NCBI GenBank assembly: GCA_020137815.1
Contig: CM035350.1
Location: 2,356,001-2,420,000, forward strand
From: Hormiphora californensis
Taxonomy: Eukaryota > Animalia > Ctenophora
Reading direction: 5' to 3'
Length of the DNA stretch: 64,000 nt
Shown piece after piece: positions 1 to 19,181 of the stretch (its first letter is position 1; the number at the start of each line of letters is the position of its first letter). The notes beneath the pieces were generated by a model, which was not told where the DNA came from, ran no database searches, and saw only the letters and a list, made by a program, of their open reading frames with translations. The position numbers and the translations under genes were made by a program.

Positions 1-99
1 TATTCGGCAGTTGAGGTAAATAAAATTTTTCCTATTACACTGAAAGAGTAAGACTGTACTGTCCAAATATTTGTCCAATCCTGGCACGGAACATCGAAG

Positions 100-1501
100 C
101 ATCATGGTGGCAGGTACTTCTCGATCAGGTTCAATGGGAATTGCCTCTCCAGTCTCCGTCCTTTTCCTCGGTTTCGGTAAAAGAACCAAGGAACATATCG
201 TGCATGATGTTCCACTGGACAGGAGCCACATATTTGGAGGATCTCGCTGCCTGTAGGAGAGGGTGAGGGTTAGTTGATGTGTGTGGTGGTATCTATCAGA
301 TATAAAATCAAATATAAGATCTATCAGATATAAAATCATCAGCACCTAAGGCACCTAATATTTTCTTACCTGAGTCCTGATGATCAGCACTGGAATCAGT
401 CACAACTAGAATGTTCCGGCTATAAATGGGAGAGAGCGAAGCGAACTTGATAACATCCCTCTGAAAGGAATAGAATATCACTGCGCTGGCAAGCGCAAAG
501 GTGACCATCCCCTCCCCCCAGCCGCGCGTGCCAGAATGCAGTAATAACTTTTTTCACTTTTTAGCCAAAAATGGCATTTTGCGACGCCCATAGCGAGGCC
601 CCCACTGCACCAATCAGTCTGAAATTTGGTATACAGTGTCACATAGTCTAGATCTACTGTAGTTTAAAAGGGCAAGTCTCTATCTTTTTTAGTTTTAGAG
701 ATACAGCATCGTGCCAAAAGCAATAAATGTCCCGGGTCTATCTATCTATGGATAGACGCTATTTTACCAAATTTATAATCGTTTTTGAGAGAAAACGACA
801 TGAGATAGACACTTCTCGTTTGTTGCATTCGAAAGATAATCGTTCAAATTGTGTCAACGAATGGTTTTCATGTTCTAGGTCCAACCAGAACGTCTTGACT
901 AACTGTCATAAAGATAAGAGTTTTTTCAAATCAACCAAATTTCTTTGAGCTCAATTTACACCCTGAAGACGGCTTCTGATTGAAAAACGGAGACCACACT
1001 TACGAAAGATAATCGTCTATACTTTCACAAACTATATCGCGAATTTGTGAAACTCTATTTCTAAGGGTCTCAAATCGCGTCTGAAGTGTTAAGACTGTAT
1101 GAAAATAGATATGACGATAATGCGTTTTTCGCCATAGCGACCTCAAATCTTGTCCAATCGATCTCAAACTTGGTCAGCATCTTTATCTAGATGAGCCTGA
1201 TAATAATAAATCCCTATCTTGACGTTATAACGTCGTGACGTCACGCTATGACGTCATAATGACGTCAAAATTGAAATTTTCGTATTTTAGCGATTCCTGA
1301 CGGTCTTTACACGTCCAGACACGTCTTACATTGTATTTCACATCAGAAGATACCAAAAATATACCCCAATTATGCCAAAAACTAACAGAAATTAGTTGGC
1401 TGGAAAGGTGACCACATTTGTTGTCAAGCTGACACCTTTGCCCGGCCCGGGTTACGAATATCATCGATGGGGTAAATCAGGGAGAAGCGAGAAAGATAGA
1501 A

Positions 1502-1592
<91 letters not shown>

Positions 1593-2949
1593 AGAGGGAA
1601 AGATAATGATGAAACCCGGAGAGGGCAAAGGTGTCAGCTTGACAACAAATGTGGTCACCTTTCCAGCCAACTAATTTCTGTTAGTTTTTGGCATAATTAC
1701 TTATATACTTGTGTATAAAACCAGTTGTGAATAGATCTGGATGGAGCCACGTACCTTGAGGGGATGGCCTGTGCTGGTGCTGTCACATGATCATAGTTTA
1801 TCCAGAGGAATCCTGTTTCTGTTGCTATAGTCGGCTGTCTTGCCACTGTGGAGAGGGAAAGATTGATTGAAATAGTGATCAGAGAAAGATAAAAATAGAG
1901 TGGATTGTACAAAAAATGGGCAGGTAAGTAGACCTTTGACCCTAATATAGGGCTGTTATATTCCCACTAACTCATGACTGATGATGTTAGCACGGTAAAG
2001 GATATAAATCCATAGAGCCAAGCACTTTTGGGGTCTGGTCAACTGTAACTAGCTCTTCTGGGGTCCTGTCAGCTCTATGATCAGCTCAGTGTTCTGTAAA
2101 TAGGAGGGGGGTTAGTCGGTGTCGTCACCATACTACTACTACTACGAGTGCCTGGGCTTGCCAACGGCAAGCCCACATAACAGGGGACTATAATCTCAAG
2201 TGATATCGCTGCAGCACTAGGAGAGCAGCCCCCCAATCCCCACCAAGAAACATGAAGTTACATCGGTGACCTGTCATCTGACACGAATCACTCGAAGGTG
2301 GCTCAAGGGTTGGAGGTGCGTCTCACCATTGCAACCAACTTACATCATTCAGCTGGGTATAAATCAGATCCACACTCTCCACATGGCTCACAAAGAGGAA
2401 GGTAGGTTCCTCCACCACACGCACGCTCAGGACAGGGATGGCCAGGATATCAGGATATGACTTCAGCAATTAGTAATATGTGTTAATCTGTAATCAATGG
2501 ACTCATGCCTGGAAAGGTAACCGAGTTTAGTGAATTCAAAATGGAATTGGTAAATTATGTAACAGTAGGAGTTGCTAAATGGACCTAATTTTCAATTCAA
2601 CAGTGTACTGCAGTCTTACAATGATAAGTACACAGATACAGTATTAATACACTGTACACTGTACAGTGTACACTGTAAACTGTACAGTGTACAGTGTCAC
2701 ATTGCAGCGAACATTAGGCAAGTACTGCTACAGTATACTGGAATATTAGCATATGCTATTATTACTCCTTGAGACCCACCTCAAAATATAGTAGTAGAGA
2801 CAGTCCGATAGTATGCAGTTCATATCTGTTGCTGGGTACTGGTCCCCATATCTAGTTGCGATAAACTCTGTGATTTCAGCATTTCCCCAATTTCGTCTAG
2901 CTAAATCGTTAAGGTCATCATATAGATCCTTATCTGACATCCAACTCAT
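100..2949 (-). pseudogene. Possible decayed IS3EU/IS481-like (Clr5-type HTH plus integrase core) transposase fragments, interrupted by a HINE-like element
   Basis: Minus-strand fragments resemble this family from memory: MSWMSDKDLYDDLNDLARRNWGNAEITEFIATRY (2949-2850), ELTGPQK (~2075), TIATETG...SRSIHNW (1850-1720), IFYSFQRDVIKF (~470). Many stops and frameshifts; no search run. Confidence 0.3.
478..1698 (-). mobile_element. Non-autonomous Helentron/HINE-like element A1 with a fold-back at its other end
   Basis: Terminal hairpin tgcgct-ggca-agcgca (482-497); aaaggtgacca occurs near both ends; ~87-bp inverted arms 1368-1453 / 1613-1698 around an (AG)n spacer; terminus shared with A2. Confidence 0.65.
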
Positions 2950-3706
2950 CCTGCTCAGTGATAAAGATAAATAGTAAGTGTAGTTTTACAATTGATCCAA
3001 ACCCCTGTATAGAGTTTGTTAGTTCATATAGGTTATAATATCGGTTGCTACGTGCATTCGTTTTTGAAATTACTCTTGGCAGAATGATTATTCATTGCCC
3101 ATAAAAGTCATTGAAGTAACATGATCGCTCCGCTAGGGGTGGTATTTGGTAATATGAAGAATTGGTTCCTCAAGCTCTGTATGGCAGCGCTTGTCACTCA
3201 ATATGTGTTTGGCCGTGCGTCGTGTCTGACACAGCTCGAGCCCAAACGCTCCGAGCTGTTGGGCTCACCGATGACAAAACAAGAAAGCGGTAATATACTT
3301 TTAGAAACAACAACCAGACACTGGGGGCTCAGAAAGTGTACATGCACCAGACGACCACCGCTGCGACTTGGGAACGCAACCGCGGGCCGTAAATGTAAAT
3401 TTAAATATATCATTTATTATTCCCCTTTCTATTTAAAATCGGTCATTTGGACAGCCTACGCTTACTCTAACTCTAAAGTGCTACATCCCTTGATCCCACC
3501 TCCTACCTTCGGGGCTGGACAGTCACCAAGAAGAGGAAGAAGAACCTGCTACATGGAAAATGAGACGGTATCATCATAATGCCCCTATTTGTGACACAAA
3601 TTTTGTGCCGGGTTGTAATTCTGCACAATGAATTGATAAAATCAGGTTTAACTGTCCTTGAGATTAAATTAAATTGATTAAAATACATGCGTCAGATTGT
3701 TTATCA

Positions 3707-5858
3707 TCACTGCGCTGGCAAGCGCAAAGGTGGCCCCATCCCATCCCCCCAAAAACTTTTCCCGAAAAAGTGGGCCCGCTTGCCAACAGCGTAGATATAA
3801 CAATTTTGAAGTTTTAGCCCATTTTGGCACTTTTCAACCCCTCCTAACTCCGGAACCAGATGAGCTAGGAGGCTGAAATTTGGTACTAAGAAGCTTCACA
3901 TAGACCTCTACTGACGGTAAAAATTTCAAGTAGCTAGCTGATTCCGGTCGCAAGTTATGACACCACCCCCAAAACAGAAAATTCAGTGTGGCGATAGGTA
4001 TATATATATATAGATATAGACGCTTCACTGTGTAACACTTGTAGCCTGAACCATACTAGCTAGAGACTTGAACCAAGTTTTATCCGTTAGGAAATCGTTC
4101 GGGGCATGTATTAGTTCAGGTTTCGTCCACTATGACGACTTTAATGACGTCACAAAGTGACGTCATTGAAAAATCTCAGACCAAATATTTTCAAACGCCT
4201 CTAACACCATCAAGACGTAATCTGATTCCTGATTTGACTAAAAATCGTTCGTGGCAAATTGTCTGAACTTTCAGATACAATATTGTGATTTTCTCTAACT
4301 TCTCATTTTCAGACCTTAAGGCCAGAGGGGGGGGTCGACGGGTTTTTTGGGGTGTTTTTTGAGGTATACGTTATATGAAAGCGCTGGGCAAGGCGGATCG
4401 ATTAGAACAGACGTCATCGATGTTGCGCACACCGTTTGGCCAAAATTTGGGGGTTAACATTTGGCCTATAATGGATGTTAACCCCTATAAATCAGGATTG
4501 GTGGGGTCTAGAACATCCATCATTGTACCAAAGGCTTCGTCTTGTCTTGATACAACTTCCTGAAAAGTTTTATGTCGTTACTCCAACTACTTCTTGATTT
4601 TTTGGGGGTTTACAAAATATGCGGAAAAAGCCCTTTTTGCCTCTAATTTTGCTCTTTTTTGGGACATCCTGCCTCACTTCCTGAAATAACGGCTAGGACT
4701 CAGACCTTGCCGTTTGGCATAGTTGTTCTAGAGACCGTGTTCTTCAAATTTGATGTAGCGATTTTTGATTAAGGCCCCCGTTCAAAAATTATAGGGGTTT
4801 ACATAAAATTTTCATGGACAAAACAAATGTTAACCCCTATAATTTTTGAACGGGGGCCTTAATCAAAAATCGCTACATCAAATTTGAAGAACACGGTCTC
4901 TAGAACAACTATGCCAAACGGCAAGGTCTGAGTCCTAGCCGTTATTTCAGGAAGTGAGGCAGGATGTCCCAAAAAAGAGCAAAATTAGAGGCAAAAAGGG
5001 CTTTTTCCGCATATTTTGTAAACCCCCAAAAAATCAAGAAGTAGTTGGAGTAACGACATAAAACTTTTCAGGAAGTTGTATCAAGACAAGACGAAGCCTT
5101 TGGTACAATGATGGATGTTCTAGACCCCACCAATCCTGATTTATAGGGGTTAACATCCATTATAGGCCAAATGTTAACCCCCAAATTTTGGCCAAACGGT
5201 GCGCGCAACATCGATGACGTCTGTTCTAATCGATCCGCCTTGCCCAGCGCTTTCATATAACGTATACCTCAAAAAACACCCCAAAAAACCCGTCGACCCC
5301 CCCCTCTGGCCTTAAAACGCGTCGGAACTCAAAAATTTGATGTAAAAATCCACATAAAAACTCACATTTCGTGCAATAACTTAAGTTCTTCACTACCATG
5401 GCCTTTAAAACTGTTCACACGTTTAGTGCTTCATTGGCCGAATAGTCTGTCATAATTTTTTACGTCGTCGTGACGTCACGTGTAACGTCACGACGTCAAA
5501 ACGACGTCGAATTTTTTAAATTTCGTCAAATCAGTTTCCTACAACCCAGGATAAATTTGAAGTACATTTGAACACTTTAGTTGACAATAACATTAGTTGT
5601 TTGAGGTCATAAATGACCTCAAACGACCAAAAAAGAGTACAAATTTAGAGCAAAAACTAATTGAAATTAGTTCGCCGGAAAAGTGGCCCATTTTGTTCTT
5701 ACTCCTTCATTTCCGTCACCTTTGAGTTGAAGGCGGAAAAGTATACGGATACCTCAATGTCTTTGATGCCTTAACTCAAAGGTGACGGAAATGAAGGAGT
5801 AAGAACAAAATGGGCCACCTTTCCGGCGAACTAATTTCAATTAGTTTTTGCTCTAAAT
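3707..5858 (-). mobile_element. Non-autonomous Helentron/HINE-like element A2, containing a nested palindromic MITE
   Basis: Same terminus tcactgcgctggcaagcgcaaaggtg as A1; inverted arms 5643-5734 / 5768-5858 related to the A1 arms (caaaaactaa..gaaattagtt..ggaaa.gtg). Confidence 0.65.
4320..5311. mobile_element. ~1-kb near-perfect palindromic MITE with TTAA TSD (Kolobok-like, GG termini)
   Basis: ttaa|ggccagaggggg...ccccctctggcc|ttaa; TSD 4316-4319 and 5312-5315; two ~485-bp inverted arms, which explain the twin ORFs at 4375+ and 5068-. Confidence 0.85.
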
Positions 5859-6089
5859 ATATAAAAGATTAATATCAATTCTGTTTGAAATAAGACGTGT
5901 TGTGTGTCGGAATCATAGAACTCGAACACCGGGGTCTCAGATAATAAACGCACACCACGATCGGTCACAGAGTGAACCTGCAAAGTGGGACAACACCGAA
6001 GTGTCGAGAGTACCCTCGTATCCATCACGGAACCCGGTATTGTCGGATTGCTATTTCAATAATCTCAATTCATTCACGCCATCACACGA

Positions 6090-6775
6090 ATAAAAAATAA
6101 ATATAAAATATCATAAAATTAAAAGTTCAGTCAACAAAATCGCACATGGAGATGGGAGGAGGGGCTGTGAAGTTTTTTCTGGTACCCCTCAGAGAAACCA
6201 GGGTACTTCTCAGCAGGCAGAACCTGATCCTGATCCTGATGAAGTTAATTGTCTCTGGATACTTGTCATGGTGTTTACCAGAGATGCGAGTAGCCAGCTT
6301 TTTAATGAGTCTCTCAGCTTCTGGTCCGGCACCTCCTGAGGTGGGCATAACAAACGGGGTGAATGCCCCTTTCTCTGCCTCTCTGATACGCTGTTGGTAA
6401 TAGCGTTTCTTTCTGCTTTCGTGGAGTCTGTACAGAGCTCTGGGTTCTTTATCTCTGTAGCTCGGAGCTGTTGGGTGGAATACTGCCACGTCCATGTGGG
6501 CTCCCTGTAATCTTCTCCATAAGCTAATAGCATATACATCACTGCGAGCATCAGGTGCTGTATTGACACTCTTGGGGTAGTCACCTGGGTTAACCGGCTG
6601 TACCACTTTCTCGATTTCAACACCCTTGTATCCTGCATGGGTAATAATATCTGCAAGGGTATCTCTTATCTCGTTGTGTCGCAGAATGGTATATCCTCCA
6701 GTGCTACAACTCAAGGTATGGTCTGCTCCGTTCTGTTTTCCACATACACATTCAGAGAACTGGCCGTTGATCTCA
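6090..6775 (-). mobile_element. 5'-truncated CRE-clade non-LTR retrotransposon (zinc knuckle plus restriction-like endonuclease, 3' end)
   Basis: ORF 6127-6912 has CVCG...DHTLSC..GG..ILRHNEIRD, ARSDV, DVAVFHP, HESRKKRYY, FTPFVMPTSGG, IRIRIRFCLLRSTLVSLRG; T-rich 3' UTR. Confidence 0.85.
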
Positions 6776-7111
6776 AAACAATACCTTACACGGTCGCTTG
6801 TAGTGGGAAAACGGTAATGGAAAACGAAGATACAGTAAGACGACGCGCAACCGTGACCAATCAGGGCGCTAGTTCGTGCTGACACATGAACTTTTTGCCG
6901 CGCGTTATGCACCGTGCGCGTCTCCTTACTGTATTTTCATTACGGTAATTTGACTACAAGCAGCACTGTGAGGCACAAAGCGTCCGTGAACTCTGATTTG
7001 GACAGCTCTCTGTTGAATACTTCCAGGGGCCGGGCAGATAGCCAGGACGAGGCTCCCGTTTCCATGTTCAGAGAAAGTGTTCTCGCCCATTAGAACTCGA
7101 ACCGGTTTCGC

Positions 7112-7349
7112 GGGGCGCCGTTACGATCTGGGTGTTTGGAGGCCTATTTACAGGTGCGCGCTGCCAAAAAAGTTGATTCACTATAATGGCTCTAACCGCC
7201 AAGCCACTCAACCGTTTTGGCTGATTCAAAGTTTATCTGGTAGGGAATGTCAAGGCCTAACCCCAACCCTAACCCTAACCCTACTTTAGCCCTAACCCTA
7301 AAAAACCGTTTGTCAGCACTCCCAAAACACCCAGATTTTAACGCTGGCC
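7112..7349 (+). mobile_element. Merlin-like MITE C1 (GG termini, 8-bp TSD ggtttcgc) with internal telomere-like ccctaa repeats
   Basis: Imperfect TIRs ggggcgccgttacgatctgggtgttt / aaacacccagattttaacgctggcc; TSD at 7104-7111 and 7350-7357. Confidence 0.8.
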
Positions 7350-7357
7350 GGTTTCGC

Positions 7358-7608
7358 GGCCAACGTTAAAATCTGGGTGTTTCGTGAGTGCTGACAAACG
7401 GTTTTTTAGGGTTAGGGCTAAAGTAGGGTTAGGGCTGGGGTTTGGGTTGGGGTTAGGCCTTGACATTTCCTACCAGATAAACTTTGAATTAGCCAAAACG
7501 GTTGAGTGGTTTGGCGGTTAGAGCCATTTTAGTGAATCAACTTTTTTGGCAGCGCGCACCTGTAAACAGGCCACCAAACAGTAAACACCCAGATCGTAAC
7601 GGCGCCCC
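7358..7608 (-). mobile_element. Merlin-like MITE C2, inverted relative to C1, same TSD
   Basis: Divergent reverse-complement copy of C1; TSD ggtttcgc at 7350-7357 and 7609-7616. Confidence 0.8.
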
Positions 7609-7721
7609 GGTTTCGCGTCCAAACTCGAAAGAAAAAAAATATAGATCAAGAAAGAAAACTGAGTTTTGCAGCAAAACGCGCGCACCTGCAGCGCAAACAT
7701 TATTATTGAGTGCGCGCGCAC

Positions 7722-7920
7722 TTGGCGTGGATCAGCCATGGGGTGGCTGATTCACGCCAATGTTTTTTTGTGAAACGTTGGCGGAGATCAGCCATGGCTG
7801 GTGGCTGATTCACGCCAAAAAAGTTTGTGTATTTTTTTTCGTTGAATTTTTTCTTCATATTTTTTCTTTCAATATTTTTTAATCGAGAAAAAAGTTGGCG
7901 TGAATCAGCCACCGTAGCCG
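7722..7920. repeat. Partial MITE-like repeat with reiterated tggcgtgaatcagcca motifs in both orientations
   Basis: About five copies of the motif in alternating orientation. Confidence 0.55.
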
Positions 7921-8550
7921 TCCTCGCCAGATAAATCAGATCAGGTCACACGCGTTTTTTTAAACTTTTTGCCAACGATTTTTTGCCAATTGGAATGCGC
8001 TGCAGCCCCCTCATGCGCGCACCCCCGCAACGAGGGGACTGGAGGGAATGCCGCGCGCGCGTTTGGCCTGATCCCGGCTGGGTCGAAGATAACTTTGCGG
8101 TCGAAAAAACGGCGGTGCTTATAACTTTGGCTCCTGAAGTCCGTTTGACTTGATTCTTTCACCAGTTGTTAGATCTGACGATTATCTACCTTGCTGTTTT
8201 TGAGAGAAGTTAATTGGACTTAAGGAGGCTGAGCAATAGCCGTTGAAAGATGGGTTGTTTTCAAAAAGTGACGTCACAGATTCTTGCAGGGACACCTTTT
8301 TAAAAATTTCATTCAAATTTTGATTTAACCGCACTCGATTTTGCGGAGTTTGGTTCATATCTCCTGTTCCTGATAAGATAGAGACCTGAAACCGATTGCA
8401 TTTGAAAGCTGTTATCTTCCTCTTTCCAACGCTACCAAAACGATTTCTGTACCTTATCTGGAACCGGAGATATGATTGATTATGTATTCCCCCCTAGCGC
8501 GGTATTCCCTCCAGGCCCCTTATATTATATTATAAGGGGCCTGCAACGTA

Positions 8551-9152
8551 AAGTCGGATTTTTTGAAACTGTCACCCCCCTGGGTATTTTCAAAGGTAAG
8601 CGGTAAAGGTTGACCCGTCTCCTGAGAATTTAAAACTGTTTTGGCGATAACTCAGCCATTTCTTGACTAATTTGCAAAATCTTGGGCTCATTGGAAAGAA
8701 GACATTAAGATCTTTAAAATGAGCCCAATAAAATGAAAATTGGCGCAAATTGCGCGGCGTAGTGGCGAAAACGCGCATTTTGCGCCATTGCGCCGTGCAA
8801 AGCCGCGCAATTTGCGCCGATTTTGATTTTCTTGGGCTCATCTGAAAGAGCTCAATGTCCTCTTTCCAACGTGCCCAATATTTTGCAAATTAGTCAAGAA
8901 ATGGCTGAGTTATGGCCAAATAAAAATATAATTCTCAGGAGACGGGTCAACCTTTACCGCTTACCATTTTCAAATTTCGTAAATGACCATAAATCCGGTT
9001 CCTGACGAGATAGAGACTTGAAATTTGGAGGTTACGAAGATCTTGCTAAGTTCTTCCGAACCTCCAAATTTCAAGTCTCTATCTTATCAGGAACCGGAGA
9101 TATGGCAAATTTTGTTATTTCAGGGGGGTGACAGTTTCAAAAAATCCGACTT
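8551..9152. mobile_element. TA-TSD MITE F (TIR aagtcggattttttgaaactgtcacccccc), Tc1/mariner-like
   Basis: ta|aagtcgg...ccgactt|ta. Confidence 0.8.
8595..8965. mobile_element. MITE H1 nested in F (TIR ggtaagcggtaaaggttgacc, 9-bp TSD attttcaaa)
   Basis: TSD 8586-8594 and 8966-8974; related to H2 at 23786. Confidence 0.85.
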
Positions 9153-9157
9153 TATGC

Positions 9158-9877
9158 TTGGAATGCGCTGCAGCCCCCTCATGCGCGCACCCCCGCAACG
9201 AGGGGACTGGAGGGAATGCCGCGCGCGCGTTTGGCCTGATCCCGGCTGGGTCGAAGATAACTTTGCGGTCGAAAAAACGGCGGTGCTTATAACTTTGGCT
9301 CCTGAAGTCCGTTTGACTTGATTCTTTCACCAGTTGTTAGATCTGACGATTATCTACCTTGCTGTTTTTGAGAGAAGTTAATTGGACTTAAGGAGGCTGA
9401 GCAATAGCCGTTGAAAGATGGGTTGTTTTCAAAAAGTGACGTCACAGATTCTTGCAGGGACACCTTTTTTAAAATTTCATTCAAATTTTGATTTTACCGC
9501 ACTCGATTTTGCGGAGTTTGGTTCATATCTCCTGTTCCTGATAAAGTCGGATTTTTTGAAGTTGTCACCCCCCTTTTTGTGCGCGGAATGTTTTTGCGCG
9601 TCACATCACATGTTAACGTGTGGTGTGCGCGTCAAAATTGATAAATTTCACATGCGCGGTCATTTTGGGGTGACAACTTCAAAAAATCCGACTTTAAGAT
9701 AGAGACCTGAAACCGGTTGCATTTGAAAGCTGTTATCTTCCTCTTTCCAACGCTACCAAAACGATTTCTGTACCTTATCTGGAACCGGAGATATGATTGA
9801 TTATGTATTCCCCCCTAGCGCGGTATTCCCTCCAGGCCCCTTATATTATATTATAAGGGGCCTGCAACGTATGCCAA
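9158..9877 (+). mobile_element. Mutator-like MITE D2 inserted in the TIR of D1 (9-bp TSD aacgtatgc)
   Basis: Right TSD 9878-9886; left TSD split by element F (aacgta[F]ta-tgc). Confidence 0.8.
9544..9694. mobile_element. 151-bp TA-TSD MITE E (same TIR family as F) nested in D2
   Basis: D1 shows the empty site cctgataagatag; D2 shows cctga-ta[E]ta-agatag. Confidence 0.9.
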
Positions 9878-9889
9878 AACGTATGCCAA

Positions 9890-10397
9890 AAAATCTGGGT
9901 GCTTGCCTTGGAGTGTCAACAGGGCGCGATTATAATCTGGGTGCCTTGCAGCCTGTTTACAGGTGCGCGCTACCAAAAGAGTACACTTAGACCGACTTTT
10001 TTCAAACGGCTATAGCCACCCAACCACATGGCCAATTTGAGTAAACTAAACGGTATCTGTTAGAGAATCGATAGCCCTAACCGATAACCCCAAACCAAAC
10101 CCTAACCAGACCCTAACAGATAGCCCTAACCCGTCGCGCGCGCCAAAACTACGAATTGTAAGCAATGGAAGGCACCCAGATTTTAACGTTTTCCGTGTCA
10201 ACACACTAAAGTAGGGTTGTGGTTAGGACTGGGGTTTGGGTTAGGGCTTGGCATTTCCTATCAGATAAAATTTTGATTTTCCAAAACAGTTGAGTGGTTT
10301 GGCGGTTAGAGCCGTTTTAGTGCAGGGTACTTTTTTGGCAACGCACACCTGTAAAGTGTAAACAGGCCTCCAAACATTCAGATCGTAACGGTGCCCC
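9890..10397 (-). mobile_element. Merlin-like MITE C3 (left end truncated) with related MITE G nested at 9921-10194
   Basis: Homologous to C2; G is flanked by TSD gtgtcaac (9913-9920, 10195-10202) and also has ccctaacc repeats. Confidence 0.75.
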
Positions 10398-10489
10398 GAT
10401 GTTTTGCCCTTGACTTAAAAAGCGCTGCCTTATCCTGCCAGCAACGTTTGCCAAGCCCTTGACCACTTTTAATTTTTAATTTTTTTGAG

Positions 10490-10760
10490 ATGGACTATGG
10501 AGGAAAAAGCAGTGGAGTGGAGTGGAGGTTGCCAATCTCCACAGTCCACTCTACTGGCTTTTCAACAACTGGTTCATGGATCCAAGATCCGAGTTATTTT
10601 ACAAGAAGCTTGGAAACCTTCTTGCAAACAAAACCGGTTATACCTACCATGATAGCGTGCACTTTATTAGACTACAGGCTACGGCTTTCATTTTCACTCC
10701 TTAAACACTAAACAGTTCTTATTTTCATCAGGGTGTTCAGGAGAAACAAATGGAGTCTGT
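10490..10760 (+). pseudogene. Second, older CRE-clade LINE endonuclease-tail fragment just upstream of the RabGAP start
   Basis: Frameshifted pieces FSTTGS, ELFYKKLGNLLANKTGYTYHDSVHFIRL, RLRLSFSLLK parallel the 6127-6400 segment (LIKKLATRISGKHHDKYPETINFIRIRIRFCLLR). Confidence 0.65.
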
Positions 10761-10983
10761 TCTGTATCAAGTGTGCCTTTTTGTCCAGTAAATTCTTCAG
10801 CTTTGTATAGTGTACTTGTTTGCAATGCTAATACAGAGCCCAGAACTGCCAAAGTTTGCATTTGAAGAAGAACCAAACACTCATTTCCCAGTCTAACCAT
10901 CGCTTTAGGTCAAATGTATTTTACGATATAACGCACCACGTACGTTTTATTCTCACCTACTACCTGGTGTTTGCCGCTTAAAG

Positions 10984-18366
<7,383 letters not shown>

Positions 18367-18827
18367 AATGTGTTGTTCAGATTCTCAGAATAAATTTGAC
18401 AGCTACAAAAGAGAGAGAGAGAGGGAGAGAGATATATACAGTTGAATGGAAAGATGATGATGATGATTAATTTCTCAGTTTTCAGATATGTCTGTTCGTG
18501 AATCGTGTGTGTGTGTGTATGTTTAGCAAAAACATTGCATGGTTTACGTTTATAATTCTGGTTTGTGGTATAATGATGAACTGTACATACATATTTTATG
18601 TTTAAATTTCTTAAATACAGCTTTGTTAAATTGGGTTTTCATGTGTCTATGGACCTCCTTGCACTAATTAGGGAAAAACGTGAAATATAAAACAAAAATT
18701 TTCCTCAATTTTGGTACGCGCAAAATATTTGCCGCGCAATAAACCATATTATTTGTGCGCGTTTGTTATGTATTTTTCAAGATGATAAAAATTCGCTGCG
18801 ATTTTTTTCTTCAAAAAAGTGTTTGTG

Positions 18828-18895
18828 TTGGCATGCGCTGCAGACCCCAAGTGCGCGCGTTTTCCACGGCTTCTAGGGCCTGTAGCATAGGCCAA
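18828..18895. mobile_element. 68-bp micro-MITE of family D, 9-bp TSD gtgtttgtg
   Basis: ttggcatgcgctgcagacccc...gggcctgtagcataggccaa; TSD 18819-18827 and 18896-18904. Confidence 0.85.
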
Positions 18896-19181
18896 GTGTT
18901 TGTGATTGTGAGCTTGTTACGTGAAGTGAATAAGAAGAGGATAAGAAGAATTATCAAGACCATGAATTAATTTATTATATGTTTTTACTTTTTTTGTTTG
19001 TGATTTTTTAGTTCCCTTTCAGAGAGCCTAAACTCCAGGGACGGCGCTGGGCCTTATCCCTCGGGTCACTTCTATACCTCTGATTCTTTGCCATATTTTC
19101 AGTGTCTACTTATTTACCCATACAACCTCTAAATTGCCTTTCACGCTCAGAAAATGACTTGACACGAGTGGATTTGTTGCT

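Larger units (their letters stand above)
7990..9889 (+). mobile_element. Mutator-like MITE D1 (TIR ttggaatgcgctgcag / ctgcaacgtatgccaa) hosting D2, F, H1 and E in its right TIR
   Basis: 7990-8550 is nearly identical to 9158-9877 once insertion E is removed; the final caa of D1 lies at 9887-9889. No TSD found for D1 itself. Confidence 0.75.

Noticed and set aside
963-1010. Second hammerhead (ctgaagac...cgaaag)
   Set aside because: No convincing helix II or helix I pairing.
7255-7460. True telomere or telomere fusion (ccctaa...ttaggg)
   Set aside because: The repeats are short, degenerate and internal to two TSD-flanked MITEs.
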